DNA of 64,000 nt from Crocinitomicaceae bacterium (GTDB lineage: Bacteria; Bacteroidota; Bacteroidia; Flavobacteriales_D; Crocinitomicaceae): assembly GCA_044373675.1 (NCBI GenBank), contig JBILPT010000001.1, forward strand, positions 52,807-116,806, given 5' to 3'. Position numbers and translations under genes: made by a program. The notes under the pieces are model-generated. The model searched no databases, was not told where the DNA came from, and saw only the letters and a list, made by a program, of their open reading frames with translations. Positions 9,545 through 19,337 of this stretch are shown piece after piece. Each line of letters begins with the position of its first letter. Positions within the stretch are counted from its first letter, which is position 1.

Positions 9545-10414
9545 TTATCCCAAGTAACTCTTTAAAGTTCTATTTTTTGAAGTGTGCTTTAAACGGCGAA
9601 TTGCTTTTTCTTTAATTTGTCGAACCCGTTCTCGTGTTAAATCAAATTTAGTTCCAATTTCTTCCAAAGACATTGGAGTTGCACCTTCCAACCCATAAAA
9701 CATATTTACAACATCGCTTTCTCTTTGCGTTAATGAAGTCAGTGAACTTCTGATATCAGAGCGCAAAGATTCTAAGACTAAATTTGCTTCTGGACCAGGC
9801 AGTGAATCACCGACCATGACATCGTACATGCTTGAAGAAGATTCATCACCATCAACAAGTGGTGCATCCATTGAAATATGTCGACCATTCTGTGCAAGAG
9901 ATTGCTTAACCTCTTCCGTTGTGCATTCTAAAAACTCTGCTAATTCATCAGCTGAAGGCGGTCGCTCGAATTTTTGTTCTAACTCAGAATAAGCACGGTT
10001 TATTTTATTTATGTTTCCAATCTTATTCAATGGTAAACGCACAATTCTGGCTTGTTCAGCAAGAGCTTGCAAAATCGACTGGCGAATCCACCAAACTGCA
10101 TACGAAATAAACTTAAATCCACGGGTTTCATCAAAACGTTCTGCGGCTTTAATTAAGCCAACATTCCCCTCATTTATTAAATCTGGAAGTGCTAATCCTT
10201 GATTTTGATATTGCTTAGAAACAGATACAACAAATCGCAAATTTGCTTTTGTTAAACGCTCCAAAGCCTCTCGATCGCCATCGCGAATTTTACGGGCTAA
10301 TTGAACTTCTTCATCAGCTGTAATGAGATCAACGCGACCAATTTCTTGAAGGTATTTATCAAGAGATGCTGTTTCTCTGTTAGTAACTTGTTTTGCGATT
10401 TTTAACTGTCTCAT
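9545..10414 (-). CDS. rpoD: RNA polymerase primary sigma factor (short Bacteroidota sigma-70)
   Basis: Regions 2-4 recognisable: [61 protein letters not shown]. The ~290 aa size is typical of Bacteroidota SigA. Confidence 0.92.
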   Translation of the reverse strand: MRQLKIAKQVTNRETASLDKYLQEIGRVDLITADEEVQLARKIRDGDREALERLTKANLRFVVSVSKQYQNQGLALPDLINEGNVGLIKAAERFDETRGFKFISYAVWWIRQSILQALAEQARIVRLPLNKIGNINKINRAYSELEQKFERPPSADELAEFLECTTEEVKQSLAQNGRHISMDAPLVDGDESSSSMYDVMVGDSLPGPEANLVLESLRSDIRSSLTSLTQRESDVVNMFYGLEGATPMSLEEIGTKFDLTRERVRQIKEKAIRRLKHTSKNRTLKSYLG

Positions 10415-10634
10415 TTTGGCTTTATTTGTAAGTGTTGGAATTATAAAACGTATTATTTTGAAAAAGGTTAGTGTTTTTACACTTTTTTTTCAAATAAATT
10501 AAAATTGATTTAATAAAGTAAAAGTCAAATTATAATAAACTTGATCTTAAAAATTTGATTCTTATAATTAATTATTTCTTACTTATGCAACTTTTTTAAT
10601 ACATTAGAGGTCAAAATATTTATTAAACTAAATT

Positions 10635-12893
10635 TTGAAAAAGAAATATTTAATATTATTCTTCCTTTTTTGTGCGAATTTAATTTTAAGAGCGCAAAAT
10701 ATTGCAGTAACTAGTACCCAAACGCCTCAACAATTGGTTAACAGTGTCCTCTTGGGTTCTGGTGTTACGGCCTCTAATATCACCATCAATGGTGTTGCTG
10801 GAATGGCCAATACACCCTTCGGTAATATTGGTTACTTTACCAATGCAAATGGTGCCTTTCCCATGACTTCGGGTATCATTTTAACAACAGGAGATGCCAT
10901 TGGAGCTGTAGGGCCAAATTCAAGTATAAATTCCACCAATCCCGGCACCTCACAATCTGTGTCTTTCGACCCTGATTTGAATGCGATTGCTAATGGATCT
11001 ATTGAGAATGGTGTTCTTTTAGAGTTTGATTTTATCCCTGCTGGCGATACTCTAATTTTTAATTATCTTTTCGGCTCGGATGAGTACATTGAGTATGCTC
11101 CGCCAAACAATTCTTCATTCAATGATGCCTTTGGTATTTTCTTGTGGGGGCCAGGTATTTCTGGACCTTTTGCCTTTCCAGGCTATCCCAACGGAGGGGC
11201 AAACATTGCCGTTATTCCGGGTGGAATACCCGTTACAATTAACAATATAAATCAGGTTACCAATTCTCAATACTACGTTTTTAATGAATTTCCTCAAGAT
11301 ACATATGGCGATGCCATTCAATACGACGGGACAACGGTTAAATTAACAGCTGCTGCTTCGGTTCAGTGCAACCAAACGTATCACATTAAGTTTGCCATTG
11401 CGAATGTCTTAGATCAAGCTTACGATTCAGGTGTTTTTTTAGAAGCTGGATCTTTTTCTTCATCCTCTGTCAGTGTTGCCGTAGCTACAGTTTCTGGAGA
11501 TACGACAATTGTTGAGGGATGCACCTACGCAGACTTTATATTTACTCGACCAGAGACCCAATTAGGAGACACGCTCATCATTAACTATACCATCAGTGGA
11601 ACGGCAACTCAGGGGTTAGACTATAACAACATGACTAATCCTATTATATTTTTACCGGGACAGGATACGATTATATTAAATTTAACTCCCGTTCAAGATG
11701 GATTGACAGAAGGTTTTGAGACGGTAACGATAATGGTATCCATTATCAATCCTTGTGGCGATACCATCACATCTCAGGGAACCATTTATATTGGCGATGG
11801 GCCAATTATAAACATTACAGAATCGGATGTCCTAGTTCAATGTTTCCCCGACTCAGTCTTAATAAATGCAACGGCCTCTGGTGGCTATGGACCTTATGAT
11901 TTTGTGTGGACTACATTAACAGGGATTCCTGTTTCGATCCTAGATTCATTTTATGTTAATGTGTCTCAAAATGGTGTCATTCAATATTTGGTGACTGCAA
12001 CCGATCAATGTAATTTCTCTCAAACAGACACCGCCACCGTAACGGTTTTAGAAACCATATCCATCGATAATATTTCGGTGGTAAATTCTTCATGTTTGCC
12101 AAGTGGTTCATTATCTGTTCAAACGTCAGGAACAAATGGTAATATAGCTTATAGTTGGTCTTCAGGTCAAACTTCTCAAACCATACAAAATCTCGTGAGT
12201 GGCTGGTATCAAGTGACTGTAACAGATGCAGTTTGTTCTACTACAGATAGTGCTTTTGTAGATATATCGAATCCTCCACTTGCCAGTTTTTCTGCTTCTC
12301 CAATAATTGGCTGTGCTCCGATGGAAGTGTCTATTTCAAATACAAGTCAGAATGGAACAAATTATATATGTATTTGGGGCGATGGAACTAGCAATAGTTC
12401 AACTAATTTGTCTGGTTTCACACATATATTTTCAGAAACATTATCAAATCAAGTTTATATAATTCAATTAATAGTTCAACAAGGACCCTTATGTAGTGAT
12501 ACTGCAATCATTGAAGTAGAAACTTCTGTTTGTGGCTGTACAAATCCTGATGCCGATAACTATAATCCCAATGCATCTATTGACGATGGTAGCTGTATTT
12601 TTGCTGAGCCTATTGTAATTGTACCAAATGTTTTCTCACCTAATAAGGATGGTGTAAACGATCAATTTCTTTTATCTTGGATGAATTTAATATCACTTAG
12701 ATTAGTAGTCCTAAACCGATGGGGAATTACACTATATGATGAGACAAGTACAGACTTAACAAACATGATTCCTAGTTGGGATGGAAAAAATCAATCTGAA
12801 GGAGTATATTTTTATAGATATGAAGCAGTTGGCTTAGGAGGAAAAGAAATAAGTGGTCATGGATTTATTCATCTCGTTCTATCTGAAAATTAA
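10635..12893 (+). CDS. Secreted cell-surface protein with choice-of-anchor-L-like N-terminus and T9SS type B (gliding-motility-associated) C-terminal domain
   Basis: Signal peptide (TTG start). N-terminal LLGSGV..SNIT..G...G.F....FPM.SGIILTTGDA and FDFIP.GD...FNYLFGSDEY pattern. C-terminal VPNVFSPNKDGVNDQF...GVYFYRYEA hallmark of type B CTD. CGCTNPDADNYNP...DDGSC motif precedes the CTD. Confidence 0.75.
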   Translation: MKKKYLILFFLFCANLILRAQNIAVTSTQTPQQLVNSVLLGSGVTASNITINGVAGMANTPFGNIGYFTNANGAFPMTSGIILTTGDAIGAVGPNSSINSTNPGTSQSVSFDPDLNAIANGSIENGVLLEFDFIPAGDTLIFNYLFGSDEYIEYAPPNNSSFNDAFGIFLWGPGISGPFAFPGYPNGGANIAVIPGGIPVTINNINQVTNSQYYVFNEFPQDTYGDAIQYDGTTVKLTAAASVQCNQTYHIKFAIANVLDQAYDSGVFLEAGSFSSSSVSVAVATVSGDTTIVEGCTYADFIFTRPETQLGDTLIINYTISGTATQGLDYNNMTNPIIFLPGQDTIILNLTPVQDGLTEGFETVTIMVSIINPCGDTITSQGTIYIGDGPIINITESDVLVQCFPDSVLINATASGGYGPYDFVWTTLTGIPVSILDSFYVNVSQNGVIQYLVTATDQCNFSQTDTATVTVLETISIDNISVVNSSCLPSGSLSVQTSGTNGNIAYSWSSGQTSQTIQNLVSGWYQVTVTDAVCSTTDSAFVDISNPPLASFSASPIIGCAPMEVSISNTSQNGTNYICIWGDGTSNSSTNLSGFTHIFSETLSNQVYIIQLIVQQGPLCSDTAIIEVETSVCGCTNPDADNYNPNASIDDGSCIFAEPIVIVPNVFSPNKDGVNDQFLLSWMNLISLRLVVLNRWGITLYDETSTDLTNMIPSWDGKNQSEGVYFYRYEAVGLGGKEISGHGFIHLVLSEN

Positions 12894-12904
12894 ATTGATA
12901 TTGA

Positions 12905-13267
12905 ATGGAAAAAAGAACTTGTTTAGAGTGTGATGCTAAATTAGTTGGGAGAAAAGACCAAAAATTCTGCGCTGACTACTGTCGAAATACCTATAATAAC
13001 CGACAGAATGAAGATGCCAATGCCACAGTAAGAAGAATAAACGGAATACTTCGAAAAAACAGAAGGATTCTTGCGGAGCACAATCCAAATGGCAAAAAAA
13101 CACTTGATGGCATCACCTTAGCAGAAGACGGATTTAATTTTCATTATTTCACTAACACCTACAAAACTTTAAAAGGAAGCCACTACTATTTTTGCTATGA
13201 TCATGGTTATATTAAGTTAGAAAATGACCAATATATGCTGGTGCTCAAGCAAGATTATGTGAAATAG
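12905..13267 (+). CDS. Hypothetical small protein with N-terminal zinc-ribbon-like Cys motif
   Basis: CLEC-x14-FCADYC arrangement followed by a basic stretch (RRINGILRKNRRIL). Compact ORF 11 nt after the preceding gene. Confidence 0.55.
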   Translation: MEKRTCLECDAKLVGRKDQKFCADYCRNTYNNRQNEDANATVRRINGILRKNRRILAEHNPNGKKTLDGITLAEDGFNFHYFTNTYKTLKGSHYYFCYDHGYIKLENDQYMLVLKQDYVK

Positions 13268-13313
13268 AAAAAATGAGCTACTTAATTTCGTTCTCGCATT
13301 TGCAAAGAACTTC

Positions 13314-13321
13314 TATCTTTG
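13314..13321 (+). promoter_or_regulatory. Bacteroidota -7 promoter box (TAnnTTTG) for lysS
   Basis: TATCTTTG, 20 nt upstream of the lysS ATG. Confidence 0.4.
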
Positions 13322-13341
13322 TAAAGTCAATAAAATAATCA

Positions 13342-15045
13342 ATGAGCTTAATAGAACTTTCTGAACAAGAAATACAAAGACGTGAATCTTTACAAAAATT
13401 ACGCGACTTAGGAATAGATCCTTATCCTGCGGCATTGTTTCCAGTAAATTCCTCCGCTAAGGAAATAAAAAGTGATTTCGAAGATGGAAAGCACGTTTGT
13501 ATTGCAGGAAGAATGATGAGCCAACGAGTGATGGGAAAAGCATCTTTTGCTGAACTTCAAGACGCGAGTGGAAGAATTCAAATTTATATTAACCGCGACG
13601 AGATTTGCCCTGATGAAGATAAAACACGCTACAATGAAATTTTTAAAAAATTACTTGATTTAGGAGACTTTATAGGTGTAGAAGGAAAAGTTTTTAAAAC
13701 GCAAGTTGGGGAAATTTCCATTCATGTTACAAAATTTACGTTATTAGCAAAAGCCTTGAGACCTTTGCCGCTTCCTAAAATTGATGCAGAGGGAAGAATT
13801 CATGATGCTTTTACAGATGCTGAAATGCGCTCGAGACAACGGTACGTAGATTTAGTAGTAAACCCGCATGTAAAAGACACTTTTGTAAAACGATCAAAAA
13901 CGATATCTTCAATGCGCCGATTTTTTGATGGGTTTGACTATTTAGAAGTTGAGACACCAATTCTACAGGCAATACCAGGTGGAGCAGCAGCACGTCCCTT
14001 TATCACTCATCACAATGCTTTAGATATTCCACTTTATTTAAGAATTGCGAATGAAATGTATTTAAAACGATTAATTGTTGGTGGTTTTGAAGGCGTTTAT
14101 GAATTTGCGAAAGATTTTCGGAATGAAGGAATGGATCGAACGCATAATCCAGAATTTACAATGCTTGAAATCTACGTTTCCTATAAAGATTACAACTGGA
14201 TGATGGATTTCACAGAAAAAATGATTGAAAAGGTCGCTCATGATGTTTGCGGAAGCACAGAAATAGAAGTTGGCGGAAATAAAATTTCACTAAAAGCACC
14301 TTATAATAGAATTTCTATGCGCGATGCAATTCTTGAATTCACAGGAAAAGATATCAATGGTAAATCAGAAATGGAATTAAAGGAGATTTGCAAAGAATTA
14401 GGAATTGAAACAGATTCTTCAATGGGAAAAGGGAAATTAATAGATGAGATTTTTGGTGAGAAATGTGAAGCACATTTTATTCAGCCAACATTTATTACTG
14501 ACTATCCAATTGAAATGTCGCCTTTATGTAAGAAACACCGCGATAATCCAGAATTAACAGAACGCTTTGAGTTAATGATTAATGGGAAAGAAATTGCAAA
14601 TGCTTACTCAGAATTAAATGACCCGATTGACCAAAGAGAACGCTTTGAAGAACAAATGAGTCTTTCTGAAAAAGGAGACGACGAAGCAATGTTTATCGAC
14701 CAAGATTTTTTGAGGGCTTTAGAATACGGCATGCCACCAACTTCAGGTATGGGAATAGGAATTGATCGCTTGGTAATGCTTTTAACAAATAATATTTCCA
14801 TTCAAGAAGTACTGTTTTTTCCTCAAATGCGACCAGAAACTAAAATAGTTAAAGTCGAACTAAATGATTCTGAAAAAATCATTTTTGAAACGATGAAAGA
14901 ATTGAAAGAACTGCAATTATTCCAGCTCAAAGAAAAATTTGAAATGAGCAATAAAGTATGGGATACAAGTATTAAAACTTTAACGAAACATAATTTAATA
15001 AAAGTTACGAAAGAATTGGAAGAACTTTGGGTTCGACTTTCGTAA
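13342..15045 (+). CDS. lysS: Lysine--tRNA ligase (class II)
   Basis: OB-fold N-terminus and class II motifs FRNEGMDRTHNPEFTMLE, ELNDP..QR.RFE, GMPPTSGMGIGIDRLVMLL. Has a ~65 aa C-terminal extension. Confidence 0.93.
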   Translation: MSLIELSEQEIQRRESLQKLRDLGIDPYPAALFPVNSSAKEIKSDFEDGKHVCIAGRMMSQRVMGKASFAELQDASGRIQIYINRDEICPDEDKTRYNEIFKKLLDLGDFIGVEGKVFKTQVGEISIHVTKFTLLAKALRPLPLPKIDAEGRIHDAFTDAEMRSRQRYVDLVVNPHVKDTFVKRSKTISSMRRFFDGFDYLEVETPILQAIPGGAAARPFITHHNALDIPLYLRIANEMYLKRLIVGGFEGVYEFAKDFRNEGMDRTHNPEFTMLEIYVSYKDYNWMMDFTEKMIEKVAHDVCGSTEIEVGGNKISLKAPYNRISMRDAILEFTGKDINGKSEMELKEICKELGIETDSSMGKGKLIDEIFGEKCEAHFIQPTFITDYPIEMSPLCKKHRDNPELTERFELMINGKEIANAYSELNDPIDQRERFEEQMSLSEKGDDEAMFIDQDFLRALEYGMPPTSGMGIGIDRLVMLLTNNISIQEVLFFPQMRPETKIVKVELNDSEKIIFETMKELKELQLFQLKEKFEMSNKVWDTSIKTLTKHNLIKVTKELEELWVRLS

Positions 15046-15104
15046 TACTTCATTTGCATTGCATATTCTTAGAGTAAATTATTCATTCTAAATCACTTAT
15101 TGTT

Positions 15105-15875
15105 ATGACTACAAAAGAAGAAATTGTACATAATTGGCTTCCGCGTTATACTGGAAAAAAAATTGAAGATTTTGGTCAGTACATTTTACTCACCAATTTC
15201 TCTGCATATGTAAACCTATTTGCAAAATGGAAAAATGTTGAAGTTGAAGGAGTAGACCGGCCGATGCAAACTGCAACAAGCGAAGGAATCACCATCATTA
15301 ATTTTAGTATGGGGAGCGCTATGGCAGCCACTATAATGGACTTATTATCTGCTATAGAACCAAAAGCAGTTTTATTTTTAGGGAAATGTGGTGGATTAAA
15401 AAAGAAAAATGAAATTGGCGATCTAATTTTACCTATTGCAGCGATTCGAGGTGAAGGTACTTCCAATGATTATTTTCCAGCGGAAGTTCCTGCCTTGCCA
15501 TCTTTCAATCTTCAAAAAGCGATTTCTTCAACTATAAGAAGTAGCGGAAGAGATTATTGGACAGGAACAGTTTATACCACTAATAGAAGGGTTTGGGAGC
15601 ACGATGAAAAATTTAAAGAATATTTAAGAACAATTCGAGCCATGGCAATTGACATGGAAACAGCGACCATTTTTAGTGTTGGATTCTTTAATGAAATTCC
15701 TGTTGGCGCCTTATTATTAGTAAGTGACCAACCGATGACGCCTGAAGGAGTCAAAACAGAAACAAGCGATGCAAATGTAAGTGCTAACTACTTATCTGAC
15801 CATCTAAAAATAGGAATTGATTCCTTAAAGGAAATTCAAAATTCGGGAAATACAGTAAAGCATTTGAAATTTTAA
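15105..15875 (+). CDS. AMP nucleosidase-like nucleoside phosphorylase (short form)
   Basis: PNP_UDP_1-type core GKCGGLK...IRGEGTS..Y and MAIDMETATIF. N-terminus IVHNWLPRYTG matches the short Bacteroidota AMP nucleosidases as I recall them. Confidence 0.75.
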   Translation: MTTKEEIVHNWLPRYTGKKIEDFGQYILLTNFSAYVNLFAKWKNVEVEGVDRPMQTATSEGITIINFSMGSAMAATIMDLLSAIEPKAVLFLGKCGGLKKKNEIGDLILPIAAIRGEGTSNDYFPAEVPALPSFNLQKAISSTIRSSGRDYWTGTVYTTNRRVWEHDEKFKEYLRTIRAMAIDMETATIFSVGFFNEIPVGALLLVSDQPMTPEGVKTETSDANVSANYLSDHLKIGIDSLKEIQNSGNTVKHLKF

Positions 15876-15890
15876 AGGCAAATAAAAGAC

Positions 15891-16583
15891 CTATAACTCT
15901 TCACTAAAAGTGTAGCCGACACCTTTAATTGTTCGGATAACTGAATCCCCTAATTTTTCTCTTAATTTTCGAATGTGAACATCAATTGTACGTTCGCCAA
16001 CAATTGTATCGTTACCCCAAACAATGGATAAAATTTGTTCGCGATTAAATACTTTTCCAGGTCTACTTGCCAATAGTTCCAATAATTCAAATTCCTTTTT
16101 AGGAAGAATTAGTTGTTTTCCATCTATTTCTATCAAAAACTTTTCTCTATCAATTTTTAAAGAAGAAGGATGAGATTCAATGGTTATTCCATGTGATTTA
16201 TCTAAGCGACGCAATAAAGATTCGATTTTACTTAATAATAATCTAGGTCGAATAGGTTTTGAAATATAATCATCTGCACCAGCTTCAAATCCAGCAATTT
16301 GAGCATAATCTTCAGAACGAGAGGTTAAAAAAACAATTATGGGCTGTGCTAAATTCAAATCTTTTCGAATCATTTGACAAGCTTCAATGCCATCTATTTT
16401 CGGCATCATTACATCTAAAATAATCAAGGATGGCATAATTTGTTGTGAGAGCCTAACGCCTTCTTCACCATTTGAAGCGGTAAATACTTTATAGCCCTCT
16501 TTCCTTATAGTATAAGATAGAAATTCTAAAATATCTGGTTCATCATCAACGAGTAAAATTGTGTGACCTTTTGAATTTTCCAT
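15891..16583 (-). CDS. OmpR/PhoB-family two-component response regulator (no kinase gene adjacent)
   Basis: Receiver domain ILLVDDEPDI...LIILDVMMPKIDGIEAC. Winged-helix output REQILSIVWG....GERTIDVHIRKLREKLG...IRTIKGVGY. Confidence 0.9.
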   Translation of the reverse strand: MENSKGHTILLVDDEPDILEFLSYTIRKEGYKVFTASNGEEGVRLSQQIMPSLIILDVMMPKIDGIEACQMIRKDLNLAQPIIVFLTSRSEDYAQIAGFEAGADDYISKPIRPRLLLSKIESLLRRLDKSHGITIESHPSSLKIDREKFLIEIDGKQLILPKKEFELLELLASRPGKVFNREQILSIVWGNDTIVGERTIDVHIRKLREKLGDSVIRTIKGVGYTFSEEL

Positions 16584-16594
16584 TATTAAATTAT

Positions 16595-16628
16595 AAAAAA
16601 GGCTATCGATTAAAAACCGATAGCCTTT
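16595..16628 (-). terminator. Rho-independent terminator after the T9SS-secreted protein gene
   Basis: Arms GGCTATCG (16601-16608) and CGATAGCC (16618-16625), extendable to 11 bp with flanking A/T, 9-nt loop. On the minus strand it is followed by a U6 tract (plus-strand A-run 16595-16600). Confidence 0.7.
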
Positions 16629-16644
16629 AGATTAATTACTCTTA

Positions 16645-19206
16645 TTATTTATTTACAACTAATCTTTTTGTCAATGCATTACCATTGCTAGAGATTCTAA
16701 TTGAATATAAACCATTTTGAACATTTGTTGTATTGAATTCAGCAGTTTGAACTCCTGATTGTTCGATTGTGTTTGTTTGGATAATTCTACCCATTTGATC
16801 AATCATTTCAATTGTCACTGCCTCAATGTTTTGGTTATCAAATGCAACTGTAAAGTTCTCAGATGTAGGATTTGGATAAACATTGATGTTTTCAACTCCT
16901 GCTAATTCATCAATTGCTAAAGTAATTGCTACTGTGAAAGATTCTGTATCTGTACAGTTTCCGTTAATAGCAGTTAAAACAACTGTATATGAACCATTTG
17001 CTGCAAAAGCGTGAACTGGAGCATTTGCTGTTGAGTTTGTAAAATCCCCGAAATCCCAAGAGTATGAAGCAGCACCTGTTGAGGTGTTTGTAAATGTTAC
17101 TACGTTACCTGAAGTTGAGAATGAACCAGCAGCTGTTGGTGTTGCCGTGAAAGTTACTATCGTTGGAACAGAAGTTCCTACACCATCACAAGCATTAGAA
17201 TTTGATGTTATCACTGTAAAGTTACCAGATGCAGTTACTTGAATTGCTTGTGTTGTATCACCGTTAGACCACAAGTAAACGTCTGCAGTTGATGAAGTTA
17301 AAGTTACAGTTTCACCTGAACATGCTGCAGTTGCAGATGCGTTGATTGTTGGTACTGGTGCAGAACTAACATTTACTATAGTTGACGCTGAGGTTGCTGA
17401 ACAGCCGTTATTATTAGTTACAGTAACTATGTAAGAACCTGAGGTTGTTACTGTGATAGCAGCAGTTGTAGCATTAGTTGACCAAGTATTTCCATTTGTT
17501 TCAGATGAAGTTAAAACTACTGATCCACCAGTACAGAAAGATGTATTTCCACTAGTAGAAATTACTGGAGTTGAAGGAAGAGCATTAATAGTAACTGTTA
17601 TTGCTACTCTTTGACTTTCATCATTATTAGAATTAGCTTGAGAAACATAATAAGTGTAGACACCTGCTGTAGTAGTGCTAGGAACTGGTGCAGATACCAA
17701 TGGAGTTCCACCTGTTGGTACATCATACCATTTCAAAGAATTACCAGTAGAAGAAGTTGCTGATAAAATTGTAGCTGTAGCACCCTGACAATAAGTGTAT
17801 GAATTTATTGAAACAACTGGAACTGAAACACTAAAGAACTTCTGATGAGTAAATGAAGCACCTGAACCAGCAGCTGAACCAGCAGCTAAACGAGCATCTG
17901 GAGTAGACCCTAACGCTGGAAATAAATTCACCCAATTTACTTGAGCTAAAGTAGCAGTTGAGTCATTTCCTTTTACTGACCACCAGGATTGATACCAGGC
18001 TGTAGTTGAACCTCCTGTGTTCAATACTGTATTCGTATTGTTTGTAGACCAAGTTGGAGTTGCGAAGTTTGTTAAAATATTATTTGCGAATACAAGAGTA
18101 TCTCCGTTTACATTTGCAACAACTGGAGCGCCTTCAATTGACAAACCTTTTTCCCAACCTGTAATAATTGAATTAAGACAAGATGTTGCTGTATTTCTTC
18201 TCAAACGAAATGCTTTTTCAAATTTTTCTCCTACAGGAAGTGCTATTGTTCCATTGCCTTTAGGACCTACTATTGTAATATTTGAAAAAATTGGTGCTGT
18301 TTTAGGTTGTGCTGCAGAACCTGCTGCATCATTATCTGTTTCAAAACAGTTTGAATCACCAGGAGCATCTGACAAATTTTTATCTCTAATTGCCAATCCA
18401 AATTGGATTTTACCTCTATATCCAAAATCAGTATCAAAATCATCATCTAAACCTCTGTAAGCAATAAGATACTTACAATTAACAGTTCCTCCGAACCACT
18501 CAAAGGAGTCATCACCACAAAAAGAAACCTGTATATGATCAATTGTAGTTCCCGAGCCTACAGAACCGAATGTTAAACCATTTAATTCTTTGTTAGGCTC
18601 CAGAGGAATTCCTGAAAATTCAATTCTACAATATTTCATTACTCCAGAATTATCGTTATCGAAACTTCCGCCATACTGCGAGTCAGTTGTTGGAACTATT
18701 CCTTCAATGTTTGCAACTCCGCCAGGCTGGTTGTTTTTTGCTAAACCTAAGATAACCACCCCGCCCCAATCACCTGGAATTCTATTTCCAATAGATTCAT
18801 TTGATGTAAACACAATTGGATTAGAAGCTGTACCAGCAGCATTAATTTTTGCTCCTCTCGTAATAATTAAAGTTCCTTGCGTATTCTTGTCACCACGAAT
18901 AATTGTCCCTGGAGCAATTGTTAAAGTTGCATTGTTTTTTACATACACTTTATTTTGCAGCAAAATAATACCACTCCAAGTTGTATTTGTAATTATGTCT
19001 GCAGAAACAGTTGATAATGTTGCAGGATAAGTTGTATTTTGTGGATCGAAATTTGACCACCCTGCTGTCCAGTCTGTAGCCGAAGTTCCATCAGTAATTG
19101 GAAAAGCTCCTTTGTAGTTAGTTGTTGTCCAAAATGCATCTTGAGCGTTTAGGTTAAGACCAAAGCTAAAGACCAAGCATGCTAAGTAAATGTTTTTCTT
19201 TTTCAT
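16645..19206 (-). CDS. Secreted multidomain protein: N-terminal ~450 aa beta-helix-like region, Ig-like repeats, PKD domain, T9SS type A C-terminal sorting domain
   Basis: Signal peptide. Two ~60 aa repeats (FCTGGSVVLTSS... / ACSGETVTLTSS...). PKD signature FTNTSTGAASYSWDFGD...GSYTVVLTA. Last 80 aa (nt 16648-16887) VYPNPTSENFTV...GLYSIRISS...KRLVVNK is a type A CTD. Confidence 0.8.
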   Translation of the reverse strand: MKKKNIYLACLVFSFGLNLNAQDAFWTTTNYKGAFPITDGTSATDWTAGWSNFDPQNTTYPATLSTVSADIITNTTWSGIILLQNKVYVKNNATLTIAPGTIIRGDKNTQGTLIITRGAKINAAGTASNPIVFTSNESIGNRIPGDWGGVVILGLAKNNQPGGVANIEGIVPTTDSQYGGSFDNDNSGVMKYCRIEFSGIPLEPNKELNGLTFGSVGSGTTIDHIQVSFCGDDSFEWFGGTVNCKYLIAYRGLDDDFDTDFGYRGKIQFGLAIRDKNLSDAPGDSNCFETDNDAAGSAAQPKTAPIFSNITIVGPKGNGTIALPVGEKFEKAFRLRRNTATSCLNSIITGWEKGLSIEGAPVVANVNGDTLVFANNILTNFATPTWSTNNTNTVLNTGGSTTAWYQSWWSVKGNDSTATLAQVNWVNLFPALGSTPDARLAAGSAAGSGASFTHQKFFSVSVPVVSINSYTYCQGATATILSATSSTGNSLKWYDVPTGGTPLVSAPVPSTTTAGVYTYYVSQANSNNDESQRVAITVTINALPSTPVISTSGNTSFCTGGSVVLTSSETNGNTWSTNATTAAITVTTSGSYIVTVTNNNGCSATSASTIVNVSSAPVPTINASATAACSGETVTLTSSTADVYLWSNGDTTQAIQVTASGNFTVITSNSNACDGVGTSVPTIVTFTATPTAAGSFSTSGNVVTFTNTSTGAASYSWDFGDFTNSTANAPVHAFAANGSYTVVLTAINGNCTDTESFTVAITLAIDELAGVENINVYPNPTSENFTVAFDNQNIEAVTIEMIDQMGRIIQTNTIEQSGVQTAEFNTTNVQNGLYSIRISSNGNALTKRLVVNK

Positions 19207-19279
19207 AATATTTTTTTTTAGTTCGATACAAAATTCAATATTTAAAGAAGTTAGTATGTTACACGATATTTAAATGTTC

Positions 19280-19319
19280 TTTAAGTTTAGGTTAAGAACA
19301 ATCGGTATTTTGTTAACAT
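19280..19319 (-). promoter_or_regulatory. Shared upstream element, copy A (upstream of the T9SS-secreted protein gene)
   Basis: Plus strand TTTAAGTTTAGGTTAAG-N15-GTTAACAT. Hexamer direct repeat with 11-bp spacing, then a third related hexamer 21 bp further on. About 73 nt upstream of the ATG at 19206. Confidence 0.5.
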
Positions 19320-19337
19320 TAGAAAAAGTGAGAATTA

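Noticed and set aside
14830-15045. About 65-aa C-terminal extension on LysS (VKVELNDSEKIIFETMKELKEL...).
   Set aside because: Bacteroidota LysS proteins are commonly ~570 aa with such a tail as far as I recall. It is probably lineage-typical rather than novel.
18017-19030. Two long plus-strand ORFs (18017..18460 and 18590..19030) antisense to the T9SS-secreted protein gene.
   Set aside because: They lie entirely inside a well-supported minus-strand gene rich in Thr/Ser/Gly/Ala codons, which suppresses stops on the opposite strand. Their translations are low-complexity with no motifs.
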